From Mobula hypostoma (Eukaryota): 64,000 nucleotides of DNA. The stretch covers positions 246,700,001 through 246,764,000 of the forward strand of contig NC_086097.1 of assembly GCF_963921235.1 (NCBI RefSeq). The letters run 5' to 3'. How positions within the stretch are numbered: the stretch's first letter is position 1; each line of letters begins with the position of its first letter. This document shows positions 12,231 to 24,423 of this stretch, one piece after another. Under the pieces are notes generated by a model. The model saw nothing but the letters and a program-made list of their open reading frames with translations, was not told the origin of the DNA and ran no database searches. The position numbers and the translations under genes were made by a program.

Positions 12231-13216
12231 CTTTATTGGCTAGTTTGCACTCATATTTCACCTTTTCCCTTCTTATATCTTTTTTAATTGCCTTTTGTTG
12301 GATTTTTAAAAGCTTCCCAATCATCCAACTTCCCACTCACTTTTGCTACATTATGTGCCCTTTCCTTAGCTTTTCTGCAGTCCTTAACTCCCCTTGACAG
12401 CCACGGTTGCACTGCCATTTAAGAACAACTTCTTCTGTGGGACATATCTATTCTGCGCCTTGTGAACTATTTCCAGAAATTTCAGCTATCTCTGCTCTGC
12501 CACCAACCCATCAGTATTCTCCTTCCTCATGCCTAATTCCCTTTATTCCACTGTGATACTGATGCATGGGACTTATGCGTCTCCCTCTCAAAATGCAGTA
12601 TAAATTAAATCATAGTATGATCACTGCCTCCTAAAGTTTCCTTTACATTAAGCTCCCTAATAAAATCTAGGTTATTACACAACTACCAATCTAAGATAGC
12701 CCTTCCCTGAGTAAGCTCAAGCACAAGTTTCTCTGAAAAGCCATCTCGTAAGCATTCAACAAATACCCTCTCGAGATCCTGATTTTCCCAATCCTCTTGC
12801 ATATTGAAGTCCTCCATTACAATTGTGTCATTACCCTTACTACATGCCTTTTCCAGCTCCCTTTGCAATCTCAACCCCACATTCAGTCCTGTATTCACCC
12901 CTTTCAATTTTGGTGCACCATGCTCATCCTTTTGATTACTAACTTGGTCTGAGGTCTTGGCAACATCTGCCTCCACAACCTCTCCACTAACTGTTCTAGC
13001 ACTATGGTTCCCATTCCCCTGCAACTCTTGTTTAAACTCCACGGTCAGGGGCATATCTACGGAAAACAGCGCCTATGGCAAGCACTGAAATTGCGCCCTG
13101 TCCGAATATCTGACACCCATCTTTTAGATAACTTTACCATGATATCAGCTCAAAATTACAAGTCAAGCTCATTAATCTTTTAATTAACAAATTATGGCAC
13201 TACATGAAAATTATAA

Positions 13217-15963
13217 CTACACCTTCCTTGCTGTCACTGATGCAAATTGGTCTATGATGTGATTAAAGTCAGTTTTTTGAGTTTCTTCTCTTTCTACACT
13301 CAGCAGAGCAAGATCACAGAGTCTGCCTTGACCCATGGAGGCTCTCAAATACAAAAGTATTAGTTTTAACTTGCTGAATGATCTCTCACAGCTGGCGATG
13401 GAAACTGCAATGGTTAGCATTATCTGAATAGCAATGCGAAGACTGGGGAAGACGCTCTCATCTCCATACTGAACAATAAATTCAAGAAGCTCTTCAGGTC
13501 TTGATATTTTCATGTTGACCCGCCTTAATAGCAACATTCTGCAATCCAAAATTTCTTCATATAGCTGCTGTCCATCAACATCAGAGCTGTACAATTCGCC
13601 CAAATTTTCGCACTTCTTTAGGTCATTACTGTGGGCGCTGTGACACTGTCCCTCGACATCGAGAAGGAAGCCAAACTTGGCATCAGTGTTGTGCAAACAA
13701 GCGAACCCTCTGTCCATTTCTCTGTGAAGATGGTTGAGTGTTCCCTTCATGACTCTTTCCATATCCTCCTTAGCTGTTAACCCAGCGTCTCTCGGGTTCC
13801 CATCAGCCATTCGTTTCTTTCGTCTCTGACATCTTCCAACTTCAATATTCCATTCTTGACAGAGACCGACTCCTTCTTTGAGTGACTCACTGACTAACAC
13901 TTCTCTTTCATCATAAAAATGATCTCGGAGGGCTATCAAATCCAGGGCAGCATCGTGGAAGTTCATGCTAGGATCCTGCAGCCTCTTTTGAATACAGTCA
14001 ATGCGAATGAGTACTTTGTTCCAAAATCCTAGCAAAATCAGAAAATTGTAACTCAACATGCGGTTGTACAGCTGCCTTGCGTAACTTCTTATAATTGCTT
14101 TTGTTATGTTATAATTGCACTGCTCCTGGGAAACGCGGTCTCATTCTGCCCTGCAGAGCTGATGTACGGTTAGAGTGACAATAAAGTTTTTTGAATCTTT
14201 GAATCTTGAATCTTCTTATTTCACTGGTCTTGTTTTCATTGTCTATCATGTCCTGGAGAACTTGAAGTATCTCCTCAAGGTATTTGTTGACGGACTTCAC
14301 TGCTTCTGGTCCTTGCACTCCACCTGGTTTCGACTCTGACTTAACAACCACAGGCACGGCGTTTTTGAGTTTTTCCTAGCGCTGGGTTGAACAAGAGAAA
14401 AACACGTAGAGAGCTTCAATGGTTCCAAAAAACGTGACCATCATTGTATCCTGCTTGGCTGCATGTACACCCACCAAGTTGAGCGAGTGATTGTCGCAAT
14501 TCACTAACACTGCCAGGTTGTTTTTCTCACTTATTCTTTGATGAACACCACTTCTGTGTCCAGCCATCACAGCAGCATTGTCATAGCACTTGTAGTTCCA
14601 TTTTGTCCTTCTCTAGCTGTTTCAAGATGTCTTCAACCAAGCTCTCAGCATCCTTCTGGCTTATCTGGATAAAACCAAGGAAGGACTCTCTAACATGGAC
14701 TGTTTTCCTCTCAAAATCAACTTCCACATACCTCACTACTTCTGACATCTGCTCACGGTGAGTCGAGTCAAACATGAGACCATAGTACTTGGCTTTACGA
14801 ATGCTTCTCAGTGAACTCTGGTGAACAGTGGATGCCATCATACGGATGAATTTGTTCTGGACACCTGGTGAAAGATAGAACGTGGATCCAGGACTTTCCA
14901 AATGAGTGAGGTGTTCTTTTATGACAGGGTCAAAGATGGCCAGTAGTTTCAGTAAGTCAAGGAAATTTCCCACACTGTCATCGCCTAGCTGAAGTGACTC
15001 CGTGTCCTTGCAAAGCCAGGTTCTGAATCGCAAGGAATTTTATGCAGTGAAGGATTCTCGTCAAGATATCACGCCACTTCTGTTTTTCCTTCTCAATGTG
15101 TGCATCAATAACTCCTCTGTTTCCAGCTAAATTTATTTCCATTTCTTTCCACTGTATGAAGCATTCCTGATGATTCTTGGCATTTTCATGAACACTAATC
15201 CTTTCAGGTGCTTTCCACTGGTTGAATCCACTTTCCTGCTCCAATGAGGATTGATGGTCTGACCGGGAATAGAGAAGACAACAGATACAAAATGCAGACT
15301 TTTTAGAAGGGGAATAGACCAGCCATGAGCAGGTCACTTCCTCACCATGACCATTTCCCAATTTCCTCTTGAACCAAGTTCCGTTCATCGAGCGGTTATT
15401 TGTTGATAGGAAAGGCCTCTCACTGTTCTGGAAATACTTTGAACCCAGCTTTATTATTTCTGTTCTCAACGTGTCAGGCAGAATTGCTTTTCCAGTATCC
15501 TTGTGGAACTTCAGAAGTCCATTGTCATGCTGTTCAATCACTTCTGGTATGACAGTTCGAGGCTCTTTGACACCATCCAGTTCACTAGGTTCAGTGCCAG
15601 GTTCAATCTCGTCAGGTAAAATCTCATCAATAAACTCAACATCACCACCACCACCGTCGTCTTCCCCTCCTGTCATGTTCACCTTCTCTGTGGCAGCCTC
15701 ACTCCTAATCTCGTCATACTCGATTTATCTGACTTGACTTCCTCCTCGACTTGTGACGCATTTGTACTTGATCCACCTTTGGATTCTAACAAACTTGTAG
15801 CAAGTGTAGGTGACTCCAAGGAATGTGTTGAACTACTTACTCCGGGCTTTTCAAAGAAGGGCATGAAGAACTTGCTCGACTTCTTGGCTTCCTCCGCCTC
15901 CAACTTTCATCTCTTCCATCCTTCAGCTCTACTTTCCTTCTTCTTCATGAAGAAACGTTTCAT
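13217..15963 (-). pseudogene. hAT transposase (ZMYM1-like: TTF-type Zn finger, DUF4371-like region, C-terminal dimerisation domain), frameshifted
   Basis: WLVYSPSKKSAFCICC, YYGLMFDST..EQMS.VVRYV, NCDNHSLNL and SIASCERSFSKLKLI are spread over several collinear ORFs. Confidence 0.9.
14093..14211 (+). mobile_element. LINE 3'-tail insertion inside the hAT transposase
   Basis: AATAAA plus a (TTGAATC)n tail, with an 8-bp TSD CTTCTTAT (14085-14092, 14212-14219). Confidence 0.8.
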
Positions 15964-16774
15964 GGTCTTCTTACACAATGCTCTGAAATAAGGCCATCCC
16001 AGTGCTTCTCGCCCATGATAATCAAAGACAGATCATACATCTGAAGAAAATTCTTTTTTCACTATCCGAGGCTGGCTTGTCTGACTTTAATAGAAACTAC
16101 TCAGTGGCGCCCAGGGCACGTGCCATACCTGCCGCACCTTAGATACGCCACTGCCCACTGTGCTGCATTAACAAACCTTCCCGCTAGGATATTAGTCCCC
16201 CTCCAGTTCAGGTGCAAACAGTCCCTTCTGTACAGGTCCCACCTTCCCTGGAAGAGAGCCCAATGATCCAAAAATCTTATGCCCTCCCTCCTACACCAAT
16301 TCCTTAGCCGCATATTAAACTGTATGATCTCCCTAGTTCTAGCCTCACTAGCACATCATGAAATTAATTTTTCTGCAGCATCAGTACCATGCAATACATA
16401 AAATTACTACGGTACTTTGCAAAAGTCTCGGGCTTCCAGGCTGTATATTTGTGCCTAAGTCTTTTGCACAATACTGTACGTCATTAAATTTGTTGTTTTG
16501 CAGCAGCAGTGCAGTGCAATACATAAAATTTATGACCAAGTTATACTAGTAAATTAATAAAGGGAAATAATAAAATTAATAAAAGGGAAATAGTGAACAG
16601 TTATGGACCGTTCAGAAATCTGATGGCGGGGGGAAGAAGCTGTTGCTAAAATGTGGAGTGTATCTGAGGAGAAAAAAAAAAGAGTTAGTGTTTCAGGTCT
16701 GAGACCTCTTGTTAGACCTGAAGTTTGCAGGAGATGCACATTCTGAGGATTCCAGCTCTTCCTACCCTTTCTGA

Positions 16775-17235
16775 TGGTCAGGTATAATGATTGTTTGATG
16801 GCTCTGGGCTTGTACTCACTGGAGTTTGGCATGGGGTGGGGGGTTAACTGCATTGAAACCTACAACTATTGAAAGGCCTAAACAGAATGAACTTACAGCA
16901 AATGATTCCAGTACTGAGGTGGGGGGGGGGGGAGGGTCTTGGACTGGAGGGCACAGCCTCAGAATCGAAGGATGTTTCTTTAGAACACAGACAAAGAAGA
17001 ATTTCTTTAGCCTGAGAGTGGTGAACCTGTGGCGTTCATTGCTACAAAAGGCTGTGGCGACCAAGATATTGAGTAATTTAAAGTGGAAGCTAATAGGTTC
17101 TTGAGTAGCTAAGGCATCAAAGGTTATGGGGAGAAGGTAGGAGAATGGGGTTGTGAAGAAAAATAAATCAGCTGTGATCAAGTAGCCGAGCAAACTTGAT
17201 GGGTGAAATGGCCTAATTCTGATCCTACATCTTAT
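16775..17235 (+). mobile_element. CR1 3' fragment
   Basis: TGGHSLRIEG..FRT..KKNFFSLRVVNLW plus 3'UTR. Confidence 0.8.
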
Positions 17236-18799
17236 GGAGAAAATAATCCAAATTCATCAAACCTCACATTATCCTCTAATCCAGGCAACATCCTGGAGAA
17301 ATTCTTCTGCTCCTTCTCCAATATATCTTTCCTGTAATGCAGCAAACAGTACAGCACACAGGATGAACGTGACCCAGAGAAAGTCTTATATTGATATTGG
17401 TTTATTATTGTTACATGTACCAAGACACAGTAAATAGCTTGTCCTGCATGCTTTTCATACAGATCAAATCATTACACAGTGCACTGAGGTAGAATAAGAT
17501 ACCAAAAACGGACAACTTAGGTAAATGATAAGTACAAGATCACACAAATTAGATTATGAAGCTAAGAGTCCATCTTATCGTACAAGAGGATTGTTCAAGA
17601 GTCTGATAACAGTGGGGTAGCAGCTCTTCTTCAGCCCAGTGGCACATGCTTTCAGGTTTTTCATTCTTTTGGTTGATGGACGAGGGAAGAAGAGAGAATA
17701 TCTGGGTGGGGTAGGATCTCTGATTATGCTGTCTGTTTTACCGAGACAGCAAGTTTAGACCAAGTCCATGCCACAGTGGCTGGTTCTTGTGATGTGTTGA
17801 GCTGTATCCCACCTCTGCAGCTTCTTGCAGTCACGTGCAGAGCAGTTGCCATACCAAGCTATTATGCATCCATGATTTCTGAGACGCATCAAGAAAAATT
17901 GGTGTCAACAGGGGTGAGAAAATTTGCAAATGCTGGAAATCCAAAGCAACACACACAAAATGCTGGAGAAACTCAGCAAGGCCAGGCAGCGTCTATGGAA
18001 AAGAGTAAATAATCAACTTTTCCGGCAGAGACCCTTCATCAACTATTTATTCTTTTCCATAGATACAGCCTGGCCTGCTGAGTTCCTCAGAGACATACCG
18101 AATTTCTTTAGTCTCTTGAGGATGTCGAGATGATGGTGAGCTTTCTTGGCTGTGACATCAATGTAGTTGGACTAAGACAGCGAATTGGTGATGTTCACTC
18201 CCAGGAGCTTGAAGCTCCTCAATCTCAAGTTACAAGGATGTAAACAGGAGCATGTGTACCACCCCCCTTCCTGAAGTCAATGAACAGATCTTTTGTTTGA
18301 TTTTCAACTTTTATATTAAGTGTCCCGACTGAAAAAGGTGTTTTGTGCAATTCCTTGGCCTCACATGGAGTATTGTGTTCATTTCTGTCATTCATATTTT
18401 AGAAAGAATGTGCAGGGATTGGAGAGAGATCTGGAAAAGATTTTTTGGAATGAGTTCCGTCATGAGGAGGCTACAGTTACAAGGATAGATCAGAGAGTTT
18501 GGCTCTGTTCCTTTTGGAGAAGGCTGGGGGGAAAATATGATCAAAGTTTATAAAATGATGAGGAACGTACAAAATGAATAGAGGGAGGATATTCCCTTTA
18601 GTGTTGAGGTTAAAGCTAAAAACCACTAGTACAAAATAAAGGAAAAGTGAATTAACAGTGACATTATAAAAAGCTTTTTCTGAAGCACATATCTGAAACT
18701 GAAATGTACTGCCTGCAGATAGCCTTATGCCTTTGAAGTAAAAAATTAGAAAATATACTATATGGTGAAAATTTTTTTGCAAAATAAAACATGCAGTTG

Positions 18800-19225
18800 G
18801 TGGAACGTGGTTGTCACTCTCTCACTACAACCCCCTCTGTGGTCTCTGTTGCTCTACAGCTCCCTGCCTATGTATCACCCAGACTCGCTATCATAGCCCA
18901 GCACCTCCCTCTGGTGCCCCTCCTTCCTGATCTTCCATGGTCCAGTCTCCTCTCCTATTAGATTCCTTCTTCAGCCCTTTAAATCTTCCACCTCCCACCT
19001 CCCAGTTTCATCCTCTCCACCTTCTCCCTCATGCGGTTTCACCTGCCAACTTGTACAACTTAGTTCTTAACTTCACCTTCTTATTCTGCTTTCTGCTCCC
19101 TTCCTTTCCAGTCCTGATGAAGGGCCTCAGCCTGAAACGTCGAATATTTATTCCCCTCCATAGATTCTGTCTGACCTGCTGAGTTCCTCTAGCATTTTGT
19201 GCGCATTGCTCTGCATTTTCAGTAT
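18800..19225 (+). mobile_element. Penelope 3' region and terminal repeat
   Basis: Pyrimidine-rich tract followed by the same terminal repeat as at 7345-7470. Confidence 0.7.
19109..19146 (+). ncRNA. Putative minimal type I hammerhead ribozyme (Penelope repeat)
   Basis: cagtc-CTGATGA-agggcctcagcct-GAAA-C-GTC. The conserved core boxes and GUC cleavage triplet are intact, while the 3' strand of stem I is mutated. Confidence 0.55.
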
Positions 19226-20258
19226 CTACATAATCTGTCACAACCTTTGATCTACGGTTCTCCACGAATGGTGGGTTTTCGCACTGGCCATGCTGCGTGC
19301 GCTGCTGTCAGAAGAAGGCCCACTTGTTCATGTTCTCCCTCCCTGCCTCCCACCCCCTCCCCCCAAGTCAGGAAGCTTGGAAAAGTGACGCGGGGGTTTA
19401 TAACATCAGAACACCAAGTGCTGGTCCCCCACACTCATTGTTGCAGGGGCTTCCCTCTCTCCCTCACTGGTAAAAGAGAGATAGAGCCCGTCTGAGATAA
19501 CGAAGTGCTGGATTACGGACTGAAGTTTTTAATGGACTCTAGACCAAGGTCTCTTTGAGGGATTTTGCTATTGCTGGCATGCTGGGGGGTGGAGGGATCG
19601 GTGGTTCTGCTGGTGTAAGTGAGGGGAGTGAGTGGGGAGGGTCGATCCTTCTGTTGCTGCTTTGCATGGGAGGGGGAAGGGGGGCTTTGGGATTCTATTT
19701 CTATCATTCATTCTTTGGGGTTTCTTGTTTCATGGATGTCTGCAAAGAGTAAGAATTTCAGATTGTACCTTGTATACATTCTCTGATATTAAATTGAACT
19801 ATTTGAACCTCACAGGGTTTTCACATTCCACTGCCACAGTAAATAAGAAATAGGTGCAGAAGGCAGAAGGCAGCCCATCATCTGCCCGGCCAGTCTATCA
19901 TGACTGATTTATCATCCCTTTCAACTGCATTCTTCTGCCTTCTTCCCGTAACTTTTGATGTCCTTAATAATAAAGAACCTATCAACCTTCACCTTAAATA
20001 TACCCAATGCCTTGGCCTCTACAACTTTCTGTGGCAATGAATAACCACCTCTCTGGCTAAAGAAATTCTTCCTCATCTCTGTTCCAAAGGGACATCTGTG
20101 TATTCTGAGTCTGCGCTCTTCGATCCAAAACTCCCCCACAAATAACTACGTAGATACCAGCTTGTGGGCTTTTTACACCTGTATTGTAAATCTAAGTTGA
20201 ACAGATGAAGGACACAAGAAACATTAAACTTCTTACAATTCAAATGTTTCAGCCTCAC

Positions 20259-20344
20259 CTTCTTATTTCGATTTACACTAAGGAAGTAGATACTCTCTGT
20301 TCCCACAAATGGTGGTCCCCAGGCTCTAGTTTCATCGCCAGCAC
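20259..20344 (-). CDS. SUGCT: SUGCT coding exon (equivalent to exon 4), (G)[28 protein letters not shown]
   Basis: 86-bp exon with taacAG acceptor and GTgagg donor. It has the GD.TR.WGPP and NRNKK motifs and is in phase with its neighbours. Confidence 0.96.
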
Positions 20345-20649
20345 CTGTTAACATGGGAAAGATTTAACAATATGATCACATCTTACTTTTTTATTACTTA
20401 CTTTTACTACATTAAAGATGAGTTTTTATTTTTTTACCTTTCTCTCCTTAATTATCTCACTTCCTAAATTCTAACTTTAGTTTCTTTTACCATTAACATC
20501 TGCACTTTATTTCTATTGTTATATAAATTTGATATTACTTGTTTAATATTTATATAACTCTTTATTTATGATCATTTCCAAATGTTGTTTTTTGTTACAT
20601 GTTACACCCTCACCAACATACCACAGCAAACTCACAATGCATATAAACG

Positions 20650-21046
20650 TACAGCACTGTGCAAGTCTGAGGCACATGCAAAAAAGGTTCTGTAAAGTGA
20701 AGATGCTTTCAAAAGTAGTGAAGTTTCTAAAAATACTACAAAGAAGAGTAAACAGTAAAAAACTAAATCAAATCAATATTTGGTGTGACCTCCCTATGCC
20801 TTTAAAACTGTATCAATTGGTACACTGTCGTGTAGTTTTATAAGAAATTCAGCTGGCAAAGTTGGTCCAAGCACCTTGGAGAACTTGCCACAGTTCTTCT
20901 GCAGACTTCGGCTGTCTTACTTGCTTGTCTCTCCAGACAATCCTAGAGAGTCTTGATGATGTTGAGATCAGGGCTCTGTTGGGGCCATACCATCTGATAC
21001 CATTTAAAAAATCTAGGGTACCTAAGACTTTTGCGAAGTACTGTAT
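20650..21046. mobile_element. Tc1-like non-autonomous transposon
   Basis: TA-CAGCACTGTGCAAGTC...GACTTTTGCGAAGTACTG-TA. The minus strand holds a Tc1 transposase C-terminal remnant (RQPKSAEELWQVLQGAW). Confidence 0.75.
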
Positions 21047-21347
21047 ATAGTGAATAAAGTTTATTCTTGATCCCTTTGTTGTTTTGCTATCCTTTTTCAG
21101 GTCTCTGTGGGGAAAATGGTGCTTGTGCACGAGAAGATGAACTTGGGAAACTCCACCAGAGCGACCTGGGTTCAACTCTGCCGCAGAAAAACCCTGGGGT
21201 ATGTTGGGAAGCATTCAGACTGAAGCAAATAACCAGTGTGCCACACTGGAATTCACTAGAACTGGGGAAATATTCAAGGAAGGATTAGTCTTGTAAAAAA
21301 AATCTGTCAGTGAAAACAATGGCAAGAGAAACAGTTAATCGAATAAG

Positions 21348-21603
21348 GGGGTGACACAGTAGTGTAGCTATTTCTATGCTTTTACAGTACCAGTGACCTG
21401 CGTTCAATTATGCCACAGTCTGTAAGGAGATTATATGTTCTCCCTGTGACTGCATGGGTTTTGTCTGGGTACTCTGGTTTCCTCCCACAATCCAAAGATG
21501 TTTGGGTTAGTTGGTTAATTGGTCATATGAGTGCAATTAGACATCGTGGGCTTGTTGGGCCAGAAGGGATAGTTACTGTGCTGTATCACCAAATAAAATA
21601 AAA
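21348..21603 (+). mobile_element. tRNA-derived V-SINE/HE1-like SINE (related copies near 2340, 21735, 22100, 25250, 31080, 57920, 60800, 63820)
   Basis: A/B-box-like head (gttcaa), central GTTCTCCCTGTGACTGCATGGGTTT...GGTTTCCTCCCACA.TCCAAAGA domain, and A-rich tail. Confidence 0.7.
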
Positions 21604-23371
21604 ACACTTCTTAAGCTGTGTTAATAAATCTACAAAGGATAATCTCTCATAATTAAAGTGGGAGTTTTAATGAATTAAAAAGTAACAATTCCTTCCTATT
21701 AAACTGCACATTAGCAGCATCTAAGATCCATCGAACACGGTAGTGCAGCGGTTAGCTATTACAGTGCCAGTGACTCAAGTTCAGTTCCCGCCGCTGTCTG
21801 TAATTTATTTCCCTGACTGCATAGGTTTCCTCTGGGTGCCCAGGTTTTCTCCCATATTCCAAAGACAAACGGGTTAGTACATTAATTGGCTACAGGGTGT
21901 AATTGGGTACCGTGGATTCTATGGGCTGAAGCACTTAAAGTACTGTAAGATCACTTTGCTGTTTACTACTCTTCACTAGTTCAGGATCATCCTGAAAGGT
22001 AAGAATTTATCTAAAATCCGGACTTCTTCTGCAAACCTTCTTCCTAAAGCCCTTTCCCAATTTTGAATATTCTTACTTCAAACGGGTTACCAGAAGTTCA
22101 GGGTGGCACGGTGACACAGCTAACAAAGTCACTGCTTCACAGCGCCTGAGCTCAATCCTGTCCATGAGTCCACTGAGGATGGAGTTTGGATGTTCTCCAG
22201 ACAACTGGATACATATCGTTCGAGCGATTCAGTTGCCATAAGACCAAAAGACATTTGAGCAGAATTAGGCCATTCAGCCCATCAAGTCTGTTCCACCATT
22301 CCATTCAAAAAGATACAACACCCTTGTCAACCCTGTTTTCCTGCCTTTGATGGCCCGACTAATCAAGAATCTATTAACCTCTGCTCTAAATATACCTAAT
22401 GACACGGATGGCCTCCACAACCATCTGTGGCAATAAATTGCACAGATTCACCACCCTCAGGATAAAGAAATTCCTCCTCATCTCTGTTCTGAAGAGGGGG
22501 GAGGAGGAGGAGGAGGGAGGGAGAGGGAGAATATGAGTAACTACAAAAAAATACATAGAGGGAAAAGGAGAGTGTGCCGTAGTTACCCAGAAAGTCACCA
22601 AAGAACAGACTGTGACTGTCGCCTTGATAAAATGTATTGCTTGTTTGTACTCCACATAAATCACCTAATCCACCTCCTCTGCTTTTAAGTAGGATTTCTA
22701 TACTTGACTAATTTCCTGTAGGACACAAATAAGTCCCAGGATTTTAATCAAGCTCATCCTTGAAAAAAGTACAAACCTAAAAATAGTAAATCTTACATAC
22801 TGACCACAAACTTCCCTTCCAGACCATTAGCTAGTTCTCTCCTCTTGGATATTTTCCCATTTTTGGAACAAAAAACCCTTAATGTCCGACATCCTTATGA
22901 TTGCTACCCCAGTGTCCCTGTTCTCTCCTTGCTGCCACATCAGAAACACTCAGTAACAACTTTATTAGGCACAGGAGAGGAATGTAATGTGGTCTTCTGC
23001 TACGGTAGTCCATCCACTCCAGGATTCAACATGTTGTGCATTCAGACATGCCCTTTAACACATCGCTGTTGTGAGGCAACACACAGAAAATGCTGGAGGA
23101 ACTCAGCAGGTCAGGCAGCAACCATGGAAATGAATAAACAGTCGATGTTTCAGGCTGGGATCCTTCATCAAGACTGGAAAGGAAGGGAGAAAACACCAGA
23201 ATAAAAAGGAAGCAGATTAAGCTTGAAGGTGATAGGTGAAGGTTGGGAAAGAAAGGGCTGTAGAAAAAGACCATAAGACGTAGGAGCAGATTTAGGGCAT
23301 TCAGTCCATTATATCTGCTCTTCCATTCCATCATGGCTGATTTATTTTCCCTCTTATTTTCCCTTTTATTT

Positions 23372-24088
23372 ATTAAAAAATAAAAATTCCTATATTTACA
23401 CGCAACAAGTGACTTTGATCAAGCCGGGGTGTAGCATTATTCAGACGCATAACAGCCCTCAGGAAGAAGCTGTTTCTCAGACTTACTGTCTTAACTAAGA
23501 TGTTTCTGTATCTCCTTCCAGATAGCAAGAGATTGAACAGACAGTGTCCGGGATGGAATGGGTCTTTAATGACGTTACGAGCATGCCATAGGTATCGAGA
23601 GTTGTAGATCATCCCCAGGTCCAGTAGTTGAGTCCCAATGATGTGCTGATCTGTTGGAGTGCTTTGTGATCTGTCTTGCTGCAACTAGAGTACCACACTG
23701 TCATTCTGTATGTCAGCATGATAAAAGGTCGCAGCAATTTTTGAGGCAGATCAGCTCTCCGTAAGCACCTCAGGTAGTACAGTCACCGTTGTGCCTTCCC
23801 TACCATCAAGGTTGTGTTGATGGACCAAGAGAGCTTCTCGATGATGTCCATTCCCAAAAACTCAAAACTCCCCATTTATGAATAATAGAACTTATTCAGG
23901 ACCTCTTGCTTTCCTGAAGTCAATTATCATTTCTTTTGTCTTCTTGATGTTGATTGACATGTTGCGGTTCCTGCACCAATTGGACAGTTTCAGCACCTCC
24001 TCTCTATATGCAGATTTGTTATTGTTTGTAATTAGGCCAATCACAGTTGTGTTGTTGGCAAATTTGATGACTGAGTTGAGCAGGAAAA
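23372..24088 (-). mobile_element. Rex/Babar-type LINE 3' fragment
   Basis: KFANNTTVIGLI...AYREEV..L..WC....INIKKTKEMIIDFRK and HPGHCLFNLLLSGRRYR. Confidence 0.85.
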
Positions 24089-24207
24089 TTAACACCAAGT
24101 CAAGGCTACCGGAAAACATAAAATGTACCAAACATACCAACCTTCACTCTGTATTCCACAGATGCTGATTGTAACAATATTTTTATTCAAGTTCAGTATT
24201 CCATTAC

Positions 24208-24281
24208 CTGGTCTTTCTACTTTGATAATTTCTGCACCCAAGTCTCCCAAGATCATTGTAGCAAATGGTCCTGCTAACACC
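24208..24281 (-). CDS. SUGCT: SUGCT coding exon (equivalent to exon 3), [24 protein letters not shown](G)
   Basis: 74-bp exon with ttcaaacAG acceptor and GTaatg donor. It carries the hallmark CaiB/BaiF motif seen in ORF 24089..24298. Confidence 0.96.
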
Positions 24282-24377
24282 CTGTTTGAAATAGGCAAAG
24301 GAAAAAATGATTAGATTCACATTGCTAAATTCTCACAAAATAAACAGATTTATTTGTGGTATGGAACATGAGTATAC

Positions 24378-24423
24378 CTTGTGAGGTCTAGGACTTTAAT
24401 TCCTTCTAACGGTTTCACATTTC
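24378..24423 (-). CDS. SUGCT: SUGCT internal coding exon (equivalent to exon 2), (G)NVKPLEGIKVLDLT(R)
   Basis: 46-bp exon with ...ttttggtttacAG acceptor and GTatac donor. The peptide matches the family III CoA-transferase N-terminal motif PLEG(I/V)K(V/I)LDLTR, and its phase joins the next exon. It is not in the ORF track. Confidence 0.93.

Larger units (their letters stand above)
13046..16153 (-). mobile_element. hAT DNA transposon, full length (3.1 kb), transposase disrupted
   Basis: TIRs CAGGGGCATATCTA / CAGTGGCGTATCTA (12/14 match) and an 8-bp TSD TCCACGGT / CCCACTGT (6/8 match). Confidence 0.9.
9870..16355 (-). mobile_element. Long decayed CR1 LINE (ORF1 esterase end, EN, RT, 3'UTR) interrupted by younger insertions
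   Basis: RT motifs at 10100-11150, EN remnant at 12683-13030, and the ORF1 SGNH tail WCRREGIRFLDHW...DCLHLN at 16154-16313. The sequence resumes across the hAT TSD. Confidence 0.88.

Noticed and set aside
13217..15963. Host gene ZMYM1-like or a domesticated transposase
   Set aside because: It has multiple frameshifts and a LINE insertion, and is bounded by TIRs and a TSD, so it is a dead transposon.
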